From Coleofasciculus sp. B1-GNL1-01 (lineage in GTDB: Bacteria; Cyanobacteriota; Cyanobacteriia; Cyanobacteriales; Coleofasciculaceae), in the NCBI GenBank assembly GCA_040220235.1, contig JAVJTO010000071.1: a stretch of DNA of 64,000 nucleotides; one strand, 5' to 3'. Below are positions 41,769 to 50,118 of this stretch, piece by piece; position 1 is the first letter of the stretch; every line of letters begins with the position of its first letter. The translations under genes and the position numbers were made by a program. Under the pieces are notes generated by a model. That model saw only the letters and a program-made list of their open reading frames with translations. It made no database searches and was not told the origin of the DNA.

Positions 41769-42692
41769 ATGAAATACGGAATTGATATCGGACATAACTG
41801 CCCTCCAGATACTGGTGCTAGCAATATCAGAAAAGAAGATGATATGACTAAGGCGGTGGGGACGAGAGTGATCTCGAAACTCAAATCCCTGGGTCATCAA
41901 GTCGTAGATTGTACCCCGAGTCGCGCTTGGAGTGTCAGCAATTCCCTACAGCAACGGTGCAATACAGCGAATAACAATCGTGTCGATCAATTTATATCCA
42001 TCCATTTTAATGCCTTTAACGGCAAAGCTAAAGGTACAGAAGTCTTTGCCATCAGCAATGCGGGGAAGGATATGGCTAAACCTGTATTAAATAATATTGT
42101 AGAGCTAGGGTACTTTGATCGCGGGATTAAAGATGGTTCCCATTTGTACGTCCTCCGAAATACAGCGATGCCCGCGATTTTAGTGGAGTGCTGTTTCTGC
42201 GATAATCAAGAGGACATGGATCGCTACGATGCCGAAGCCGTGGCAAATGCAATTGTCAAAGGATTAACTGGACAAACCGCATCACCGACGATTCCCCTTT
42301 CCCAAAATCCAATTGTTGACCTTCAAAAAGCCTTAAATCGACTCAAAATCAGAAGTCCCAAAGGTATACCATTAAAAGAAGATGGTTCCAACGAAGCGGA
42401 TACTACAGCAGCACTCAAAACCTTTCAGGCGATCGTTGGTGTTACACCCACAGGTACTGCTGATGCTAAAACCTGGCAGATCATTACTCAAATTTTAGCC
42501 ATGCCAGTGTTGCGAGAAAACCATGCCACAGGATCTGTGGTCAAATATGTACAACGTCGTGTCGGGGCGACACCAGATGGAATATATGGTTCAGCCACAG
42601 CCGCCGCCGTTAAACGATTCCAACAACAACAAGGGATCACGGCTGATGGTATTATTGGTCCCCAAAGTTGGAGCAAAATACTGGCTGATTGA
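41769..42692 (+). CDS. N-acetylmuramoyl-L-alanine amidase with peptidoglycan-binding domains
   Basis: DIGH, E, SIHFNA and ILVE Amidase_3 motifs; DGIYG..T..AVKRFQ..DGIIGP PG-binding motif. Confidence 0.92.
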   Translation: MKYGIDIGHNCPPDTGASNIRKEDDMTKAVGTRVISKLKSLGHQVVDCTPSRAWSVSNSLQQRCNTANNNRVDQFISIHFNAFNGKAKGTEVFAISNAGKDMAKPVLNNIVELGYFDRGIKDGSHLYVLRNTAMPAILVECCFCDNQEDMDRYDAEAVANAIVKGLTGQTASPTIPLSQNPIVDLQKALNRLKIRSPKGIPLKEDGSNEADTTAALKTFQAIVGVTPTGTADAKTWQIITQILAMPVLRENHATGSVVKYVQRRVGATPDGIYGSATAAAVKRFQQQQGITADGIIGPQSWSKILAD

Positions 42693-42831
42693 GTGTTGAA
42701 TTTTGAATTTTGAATTGTTAAGGGAAGTAGGGGCGGGTTTCACTATTATCATTTTTTTCCCGCCCTGATGTGACTAAACCCGCCCATTACTAATATTGAA
42801 CGAATGACAAATGACAAATGACAAATGACAC

Positions 42832-44628
42832 TTAATGCAAATCAGCTTCCCACACGCCAATATAAATGCGATCGCGTTCATTGCGTTCAATCACCCCTTT
42901 TAAGGGAGAACCATTATTACTGGTGAAACGATAACGATTGGATTGACGCTGATAAACCTGAGTTAATCCCTGGCGAATCTCTGGTGAGAGATTGCGACTC
43001 AGCATTTTATCTAAAGTATCTGCCATCGCTTCTAATCCTACTGATTGGGCAAATGCCACCTCAGTTTGGCGCAAACGCTTAGTATCGCGATCAAACAGAT
43101 AACCGAGACTGACGCGATCGCGAATAAAGTCTTCATAGAGTAACGCCTGGGTATTATGCCACAATCCTTTGGATAGCTGGGTTGGCGTGCCTAAGGCAGC
43201 CTCGACAACTTTTCGAGAGGTTCCTGGTGTAAATCCAGGGATTTTATTGGATAGAGGCGGTTTGGGAGTCTGGTTTTCGGGTGCAGGTGAGGGTGAAGGC
43301 GGGGGAGTTGGGGAAGCGAGAGGAGACGGGGGAGGAGAGGGGGAAGATAACACTGACGGTTCAGAGGCAAACGGTGTGGGGGGATCAGGAGACGGCAGGA
43401 GTTCTGGGGATTCTTGGATACGGAATGTGGGATCAGTTGGGTATAGCGATGTTGGAGATTCCGGGTTCACCAGTTTAGGCGGAGGAGTTGGCGGAGGTGA
43501 AGGAGTTGGGGGCGGTGTAGGTGAGGGCAGAGGGGTGTTTTCAGAGGAGGCGGATACTGACTCTGAGGGTGACGGTATGCGATTGGAGGGTTCTAATACC
43601 CGGTTTAAACCCCAGCCAATCGCCACAGCACTCAGGAGTAAGCCGCCAGCAATTAAGCCGCCGAAGCGCCGAGAGGGTTGTTCCTCCTCTGCTTGTAGGG
43701 ATTTTCTGCGGATAGGAACGGTTGGCGGAACGGCTGGCTTACGGGTAGAAGGGACAGGTTCGCTAGAACTAGAAAGGGATAATGTGGGTGTCGCGATCGT
43801 TGTTGGATGGGCGTTTAAGGCGTCCAGCATCTCCTTAGCATCCGCAAAGCGATCGCGCGGATGAAAGCGAATTGCCTGATCAATCACCGTAGCTAAATGG
43901 GAGTGACAATCCGGCGCATCCCGACGCCATAAAATTTCGCCCGTGCGGGTATCGGTTTCGAGAGTTTGCGGTAATTTACCCGTGAGCAAAAATACCGCAA
44001 TTAAGCCCAAACTATACAGATCACTAGCATAGCGAGGACGCCCTGCGGCTTGTTCGGCTGCCATAAACCCTGGTGTGCCAATGACTATCGATGGGGTGGT
44101 GTTGGCTTGGGAATGGACAACGGTTTTAATCGCTTCTTTAACAGCACCAAAGTCAATCAGCACAGGTAATCCGTCTCGCCGCCTGACAATCACATTATCC
44201 GGTTTAAGATCCCGGTGAACAATGTGACAACTGTGGACGTAATCCAGTACAGGCAACAGACTCAACAAAATTGCCTTAACTTGACCATCATTCAGCCGAC
44301 CTTCCCGGTCTACAATTTGAGTCAGGGTATCCCCTTCAATCCATTCCTGAACCAAGTAAAATTGTCCAGATTCGGAAAAATAAGCAAATAATCGGGGAAT
44401 TTGAGAGTTATTCTCACCTAACTCTTCTAAAACCGCCGCTTCCCGCTGAAATCGCTCTTTTACTTGCTGATAGGTTTGGGGATCATGAGTCATGGGTTTA
44501 AGCTGCTTAATCACACACTTACGTCCCGAAGGCATATAAGTATCTTCAGCGAGAAAGGTATTCCCAAACCCACCTGCCCCCAGCGTCTGGAGGATACGAT
44601 AGCGATTATTAAGCAGCGTTGGCGTCAT
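42832..44628 (-). CDS. Ser/Thr protein kinase with a TM helix, Pro-rich linker and C-terminal domain
   Basis: LGAGGFG, HRDLKPDN, DFG and GTPGF motifs. Confidence 0.95.
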   Translation of the reverse strand: MTPTLLNNRYRILQTLGAGGFGNTFLAEDTYMPSGRKCVIKQLKPMTHDPQTYQQVKERFQREAAVLEELGENNSQIPRLFAYFSESGQFYLVQEWIEGDTLTQIVDREGRLNDGQVKAILLSLLPVLDYVHSCHIVHRDLKPDNVIVRRRDGLPVLIDFGAVKEAIKTVVHSQANTTPSIVIGTPGFMAAEQAAGRPRYASDLYSLGLIAVFLLTGKLPQTLETDTRTGEILWRRDAPDCHSHLATVIDQAIRFHPRDRFADAKEMLDALNAHPTTIATPTLSLSSSSEPVPSTRKPAVPPTVPIRRKSLQAEEEQPSRRFGGLIAGGLLLSAVAIGWGLNRVLEPSNRIPSPSESVSASSENTPLPSPTPPPTPSPPPTPPPKLVNPESPTSLYPTDPTFRIQESPELLPSPDPPTPFASEPSVLSSPSPPPSPLASPTPPPSPSPAPENQTPKPPLSNKIPGFTPGTSRKVVEAALGTPTQLSKGLWHNTQALLYEDFIRDRVSLGYLFDRDTKRLRQTEVAFAQSVGLEAMADTLDKMLSRNLSPEIRQGLTQVYQRQSNRYRFTSNNGSPLKGVIERNERDRIYIGVWEADLH

Positions 44629-44690
44629 GAGCGATTTAGGCAAGCTGTTTATGAATGATGAATATGAATTATGATATCTTAAGCAACTCC

Positions 44691-45440
44691 GAAAAACCGG
44701 GTTTTTGAAGTATTCCTAGAAACCGGGTTTCTCGTGAGGATGCAACGTCATATCAACCTTTCACTCAAAGAAACCCGGTTTCTTGACCGATGTCTTGTTT
44801 CTATTCAAAAATTAAATGCTGTATCATCGCCATCGTAGGTTCTTGGGCTTGATATTCGTCATTGGAGTCAAATAGCTGTTTGAGGGCATTTATTTTTGGC
44901 AATGTACCCTGTCGTAATTTCGCGTAGTCTTGATAACTGGAGAATTCCCAATCTCTTGGATGGTTAACGAAGCCAGCCTTGACCGGATTCTGATGCACAT
45001 AGTAAACCAGTTGCAAAAGATAGTTTTCTTGATCGACGACAACGGATTGGAAGCGCCCTTGAAAGAGAGATCCTGTTCTGTGATAGCGCTTATTGATAGC
45101 TTTTGTGTAGGAGAGTGAAAAGGCTTGCATGGCGTCAGAGAGGTTACTAGATTTTAGGTACACAACCAGGTGGTAATGGTTGGGCATCAGGCAATAAGCG
45201 ATGACATCTAGAGTCTGGGAAATTAGGAATCGACGGATTTGGCGCAAAAAATAGAGGTAATTTTCGCGTTCAAAGAAAATATTGTGGCGATTATTTCCCC
45301 GATTGTAAAGATGATAATAACATCCCGACTTGAATGGGGTTTTTCGATAAGGCATGGTCTATACAATAACTTGAGAAACCGGGTTTCTGAAGCCATACCC
45401 AAAATTGATAGGAAATGTCTAACAAAGAAACCCGGTTTCT
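44691..45440. mobile_element. REPtron: RAYT flanked by AGAAACCGGGTTTCT REP palindromes
   Basis: REPs at 44691, 44718, 44769, 45374 and 45426, arranged as inverted doublets on both sides of the gene. Confidence 0.85.
44801..45355 (-). CDS. REP-associated tyrosine transposase (RAYT, HUH Y1)
   Basis: YHLYNRG, MPNHYHL (HUH), FQGRF and YVHQNPVKAG..WEFSSY motifs. Confidence 0.92.
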   Translation of the reverse strand: MPYRKTPFKSGCYYHLYNRGNNRHNIFFERENYLYFLRQIRRFLISQTLDVIAYCLMPNHYHLVVYLKSSNLSDAMQAFSLSYTKAINKRYHRTGSLFQGRFQSVVVDQENYLLQLVYYVHQNPVKAGFVNHPRDWEFSSYQDYAKLRQGTLPKINALKQLFDSNDEYQAQEPTMAMIQHLIFE

Positions 45441-45450
45441 GGGCGAGTCA

Positions 45451-45996
45451 TTATTTTAAATCCAATAATCCCTGCTCTTTTAACTTAGGATTAAAACGAA
45501 TCTCAGCTTGCAAACCACGGGCATTTAACTGTTCGACTATTTCCGCTTCAACGCGCCGTGCTATTTTCTTTAACAGCTTAATTTTTCCTAATTCTTCACT
45601 CTTGTTATAGGTGGCTTTATCCTCATCGGTCATCGCCTTTTTCGCATCAATCGGCTGATTCCAAATCGCTTCATCTTGACCGTTCCCTGGCGGAATGTCT
45701 CCATTTTCTTCAATCCAAGCCTTACGGATTGTTTCCAAGCGAGTGCGATTGGGGCGCTCAATGGTTTCCGCTTTCAACCAATAGCAGGATTGAGGCTGAC
45801 GGACTAGGTGTTGTTTTAAACTGACATAAATATCACGAGAATAGTTGACCAGTTGCAGGGTTTTATCCTGGTCAAAAATGGCATAGACACCGATTTTACC
45901 GGATAAGGATTCTGGGAGATTACCCCCTTCATCCAAATAAGGGATATAGTCTAAGTCAGAGAGAGCGGGAGTTGGCGTTTCAGAACTCATCAGCAA
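45451..45996 (-). CDS. GIY-YIG-like domain protein (conserved cyanobacterial)
   Basis: GVYAIFD..L..V.YSRD..SLKQH pattern; PPGN. Confidence 0.7.
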   Translation of the reverse strand: MLMSSETPTPALSDLDYIPYLDEGGNLPESLSGKIGVYAIFDQDKTLQLVNYSRDIYVSLKQHLVRQPQSCYWLKAETIERPNRTRLETIRKAWIEENGDIPPGNGQDEAIWNQPIDAKKAMTDEDKATYNKSEELGKIKLLKKIARRVEAEIVEQLNARGLQAEIRFNPKLKEQGLLDLK

Positions 45997-46000
45997 TAGG

Positions 46001-46327
46001 TTAGGCTATTTTTCGATAAATCGCGCAAAGACGGCTGGGGTTAAAGATTTTGGCTTTGAACATGAAGTTGGGCGGGACATTTATAATTGCATAATCGTCC
46101 GATTCGTGATACTGTTCAAACTCCCGTGGCATCCCTTTGGGAGTCCCTTCGCTGTAGGGGACAGGTTGAAACAATAACTCAGTGAATTCCAAATCTTGAC
46201 AGTGCAGTTGTCCCGCGACTTGCTGGCGGAAGGCTTCACCGTTCAACAAGCTAAATAAATGGGTCTGGGCATCTGGCTCCAGGGTAAAGCTGCCATCAAA
46301 ATTGTTAACAATTTTTAAATTAGCCAT
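46001..46327 (-). CDS. Hypothetical protein
   Basis: ATG-started 108-aa ORF tightly coupled to the downstream gene. Confidence 0.7.
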   Translation of the reverse strand: MANLKIVNNFDGSFTLEPDAQTHLFSLLNGEAFRQQVAGQLHCQDLEFTELLFQPVPYSEGTPKGMPREFEQYHESDDYAIINVPPNFMFKAKIFNPSRLCAIYRKIA

Positions 46328-46519
46328 GGTGGGGCAGAATCGTGAGCAAGTTGACGACTGGGATGATTATACCCCACATCTTGCATCATTCTCAGTCAGC
46401 CAATTTTAGGAGGGCGACCCGACAATAGTTAGGGGTCTGTTCTCTTAATTGAGTTGAGTGGGTCGCCCCTACAAATCTATGACCGACAAATCAGCTTTTG
46501 GCGACGGTAGCAGAGGATG

Positions 46520-48232
46520 TTAATGATGCTCCCGTACCTGTAATGTCCGCAATCGATTTAAGGCGGCGGCTAACTCAAATCGCCGGAATAATACTAAGTC
46601 TCCTTCTGGCAAATTTCCCAGCAAATCTAATCCCTGAGATTCAAGATCTGCCATCATCCGATTTAGCACTTCGGCAACTGTAGTTCGCCCATTAATATAG
46701 TGCCGTTTGGCATAAACAATCGCTTCAGCAATTGCCCGTAATTGCCCTTTCTCTACAATTTGTTCAACGGCGGCTAAATCAATTTCCTCTTTGCCAAAGA
46801 CAACTTCATCCACATCGCGCACCTTCAGCTTAACGTCTCGTGAACCGCGACTGGGGTCAATGCTTTCGGGTAAGGGAATACGCGGTGCAATCTCGCCAAA
46901 CTCTTTTCCGCCTTCAGGAATCCGTTCTGTTTGATACTGTTTCGCGATCGCACGGGCTTTTTCGGTAACATCGTAGGGTTGGAAGTTATCCATGGCGATG
47001 ACGGTATCGGCGACATCAAAGTAATCACCGCTACCCCCCATGACTACAATCGTGGATACTCCATAATCGGTGTAGAGTTGGCGTATCTTATCGATAAACG
47101 GCGTAATCGGTTCCTTGTCTTTGGCAATCAACTGTTGCATCCGATGATCCCGAATCATAAAGTTTGTCGCCGCCGTATCCTCATCCACGAGTAATAACTG
47201 GGTATTAGCTTCTAACGCTTCAATAATATTCGCCGCCTGGGAGGTACTTCCACTCGCATTGGCGGTGGAAAATTGACGAGTAGACCGACCTTGGGGTAAT
47301 TGGTTAATAAACGGCGAAATATCCACACTGGCAATACTACGCCCATCTTCTGCCCGAATCTTCACGGCTGAGGCGTGAGTTACCACCAATTCCCGTCCAT
47401 CTTCCGGAATGTGATTATAGACCCCCACCTCGAGCGATCGCAAGACGGTAGACTTGCCATGATAGCCACCGCCGACAATCAAGGTAATTCCCGCTGGAAT
47501 CCCCATCCCTGTTACCTCTCCCCGATTGGGACAATTAAAGGTTTCCCGCAAGGTTTCTGGGGATTGGAAGGGTAAGGCATTGTCCTCTAACGGGCGATCA
47601 TCCACGCCACTGCGTCGGGGTAGAATGGCATCATCGGCAATAAAGGCAACTAAATCCCGTTCGGCTAACTGTTGACGCAACCAGTCTGCATCTTCGATGG
47701 TTTCAACGTGCTGTTTAATCTCTACCGCATCTAGAGAGTCGTACTTCAGCGCTTGATCAACAATCTCTGGAATATCCTCACACAACATTTCCGCCGCCTG
47801 ACGCCCAGAGATACGTCGTCCCCGTGCAGGTAAACCGACGACAAAGCGCACTTCGACGAGTTCATCATTGACAAAAGCCGCCGTGCGTTCGATTACTGAT
47901 TGTCCCACGGGCATAATCGCAATCCGCCCACTATTTCCGGTTCCTCGATGGGAACTAAACTCTCGCGCCACTAAATCAAACTGGCGTGTCAGGTAATCCC
48001 GTAAGGCGATTTCTCGACTACGACTTTGGTAAAGGGTTTTGGGAAAATCCGCCACCGCTTGGGACAGTTGCACCCGAACATGACTGGGACTGGCAAAGGG
48101 ATCACCTTGGACGCGATCGACAATTAAGGTAAAATCCGAAAAGTGATAACGTCCCTTGATATCCTTATAGGCTTTGTAGCTCTTGTCGTCAAGTTGGAGT
48201 AGGAGTTGGCGTAGTTTCTCGCGATTACTCAT
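46520..48232 (-). CDS. ABC-class ATPase domain protein (ABC_ATPase family)
   Basis: QGDPFA, GGGYHGKST (Walker A), ASGSTSQA and LLVDED (Walker B) motifs. Confidence 0.88.
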   Translation of the reverse strand: MSNREKLRQLLLQLDDKSYKAYKDIKGRYHFSDFTLIVDRVQGDPFASPSHVRVQLSQAVADFPKTLYQSRSREIALRDYLTRQFDLVAREFSSHRGTGNSGRIAIMPVGQSVIERTAAFVNDELVEVRFVVGLPARGRRISGRQAAEMLCEDIPEIVDQALKYDSLDAVEIKQHVETIEDADWLRQQLAERDLVAFIADDAILPRRSGVDDRPLEDNALPFQSPETLRETFNCPNRGEVTGMGIPAGITLIVGGGYHGKSTVLRSLEVGVYNHIPEDGRELVVTHASAVKIRAEDGRSIASVDISPFINQLPQGRSTRQFSTANASGSTSQAANIIEALEANTQLLLVDEDTAATNFMIRDHRMQQLIAKDKEPITPFIDKIRQLYTDYGVSTIVVMGGSGDYFDVADTVIAMDNFQPYDVTEKARAIAKQYQTERIPEGGKEFGEIAPRIPLPESIDPSRGSRDVKLKVRDVDEVVFGKEEIDLAAVEQIVEKGQLRAIAEAIVYAKRHYINGRTTVAEVLNRMMADLESQGLDLLGNLPEGDLVLFRRFELAAALNRLRTLQVREHH

Positions 48233-48417
48233 AATGTGGTCAGAAATTGGGTAATAGCTGCTTTCACACTACTACCAGATCCCCGACTTCTTCACGATTA
48301 TCAAATTCCTGACTCCCAAATCTAGCTGTTGCTGATCATTTCAGGGGTGGAACACCGGAAATAGCTAACGTTACCAATGACAACTGACAAACGACAAGAT
48401 TTGTTGGGTACGACTCC

Positions 48418-48774
48418 TTATCTCAACAAACGACCAACCAAGGAGGTAACTGAGTTAACCAGCCATATCATCGAGCCAGCCAGGAAAATGTTCTCCCGCA
48501 ATTCTCGGCGATTAACCCCATAGCTGGAACGACGCCCACTACCCGCACCATCACGCTCTAAATCATAAATAATTTTCTCCGCGTACCACCGATCAGATTT
48601 GCCGGGATATTTCATTTGCGCCTGAGCCAGCAGTCGTTTGGCTAAACCCTTATTCCCTTTTACGGCTTTAAGTAAATAGGGGTCTATCCCTTCATTATTC
48701 TGGGAATCGCGCCAGATCAAAAAAACCATCACACCAATCAACGCCAGCAGTGCGATCGCGAAGGGCAGTTTCAT
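48418..48774 (-). CDS. Hypothetical small membrane protein
   Basis: N- and C-terminal hydrophobic segments; YPGKSDRWY.EK..DLERD motif. Confidence 0.7.
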   Translation of the reverse strand: MKLPFAIALLALIGVMVFLIWRDSQNNEGIDPYLLKAVKGNKGLAKRLLAQAQMKYPGKSDRWYAEKIIYDLERDGAGSGRRSSYGVNRRELRENIFLAGSMIWLVNSVTSLVGRLLR

Positions 48775-49072
48775 TGATTTAACCTTGAAAGATGGATATT
48801 CCAGTTATTCTATCCGCTAATTTTCTACACTGCCAAGCTAAAAATATTTAGAAATATTAACGGCATAGTTCCTATCTTCAGGGCTTAAGTTGACGAAACC
48901 GAAAAACTGTAGTAGCAGCTACCAAAAAATTCTTGAGACTTGGCGCGATCGCACAATTGTTCTTGAGTGCTGATAAACCTTGTGGCTTGGGCATTCCAGG
49001 CATACAGCACATTGCTCCACGATAGTTTAGGGATATGCTAAAGTGACAAAAAATGCTTCCTCCTGTGATAGT

Positions 49073-49831
49073 ATGTCCCTTTCTACTTCCGCGAAAATCA
49101 TCTACCCCGAAAGTGACGGTCAACCTTTGGCAGACAATACAATCCAATTCCGCTTGATTGTCACCATTCAAGGTGGAATTGATGCCCTATTTCTTGAGAA
49201 TCCTAATGTCTTTGTTGCTGGAGATTTATTTTGGTATCCAGTGGAAGGTGAACCGTGGATTAGACAAGCACCTGATGTCATGGTTGTCATCGGACGTCCC
49301 AAGGGTGATCGACGTTCCTATAAACAGTGGGAAGAAGACAATATTCCGCCGCAAGTCGTTTTCGAGATTGCTTCTCACAGTAATACGAAGACAGAATTAG
49401 AGGAAACCAAGCGTTATTTTTATGAACGTTATGGTGTCGAGGAATATTACCTGTTTGATCCTCAGCCTGGAATCCTCAAAGGATGGCAACGAGATGACGG
49501 AATATTACAGCCAATTCCGAGAATGTCGGGTTGGATTAGCCCCCGTTTGGGCATTCGATTTGAATTGGAACAAGGAAATTTACAGTTATACCATCCTGAT
49601 GGGGAGCGATTTGCTTCGTTTGTGGAAATTATTGAACAGCGGAAGTTAGAAAAACGAGCAAGAGAACAAGCTGAACAGGAAAAAATACAAGAACAACAGG
49701 CACGAGAACAAGCGGAGTTGGCGCAACGAAATGCGATTCCCAAGTTATTGGCAATGGGTTTAACTGTAGAACAAATTGCTGAAGCGTTATCGTTACCCGT
49801 GGAGACTGTACGGGCGATCGCTGAAAAGTAA
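49073..49831 (+). CDS. Uma2 (DUF820) family endonuclease
   Basis: YPESDGQP, DLFWYP, APDVMV, VFEI.S and YGVEEYY motifs; coiled-coil and HTH-like tail. Confidence 0.93.
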   Translation: MSLSTSAKIIYPESDGQPLADNTIQFRLIVTIQGGIDALFLENPNVFVAGDLFWYPVEGEPWIRQAPDVMVVIGRPKGDRRSYKQWEEDNIPPQVVFEIASHSNTKTELEETKRYFYERYGVEEYYLFDPQPGILKGWQRDDGILQPIPRMSGWISPRLGIRFELEQGNLQLYHPDGERFASFVEIIEQRKLEKRAREQAEQEKIQEQQAREQAELAQRNAIPKLLAMGLTVEQIAEALSLPVETVRAIAEK

Positions 49832-49868
49832 GCTTAATGGTTAGTGCCACATATAATTTCCAGGACAA

Positions 49869-49974
49869 GCGCGATCGCACAGTTGTTCCAGATTACTGAT
49901 AAACCTTGCTGCTTGTACATTCTGGGGATACAGCGAACTAACTATTCCTTCACAAGTTCCGTTACCCTCTCCAG
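49869..49974 (-). pseudogene. Duplicated internal selD fragment
   Basis: Translates GIVSSLYPQNVQAARFISNLEQLCDRA versus SelD GIVSSLYPQNVQAARFIRNQEEICDRA (56258-56367). A more decayed third copy is at 48943-49008. Confidence 0.85.
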
Positions 49975-50118
49975 TGTCATGTAGGGAGTCTTGCAAAGTG
50001 TGCGAGATATCACTTAACTCGCCAAACTTGATCACCAGACAGTAATCAAATCCTTGTGTTAGCTTGGGTAAATAGTCTGTATTTTCCTCATCAGCACCCA
50101 GCTACTCAGAACGCTCCC

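Noticed and set aside
43169..43864. 231-aa Gly-rich ORF on the + strand
   Set aside because: It is the antisense shadow of the kinase's Pro-rich linker.
49841..50035. 64-aa ORF as a real gene
   Set aside because: It is a chimera of non-coding DNA and the selD fragment; reported as a pseudogene fragment instead.
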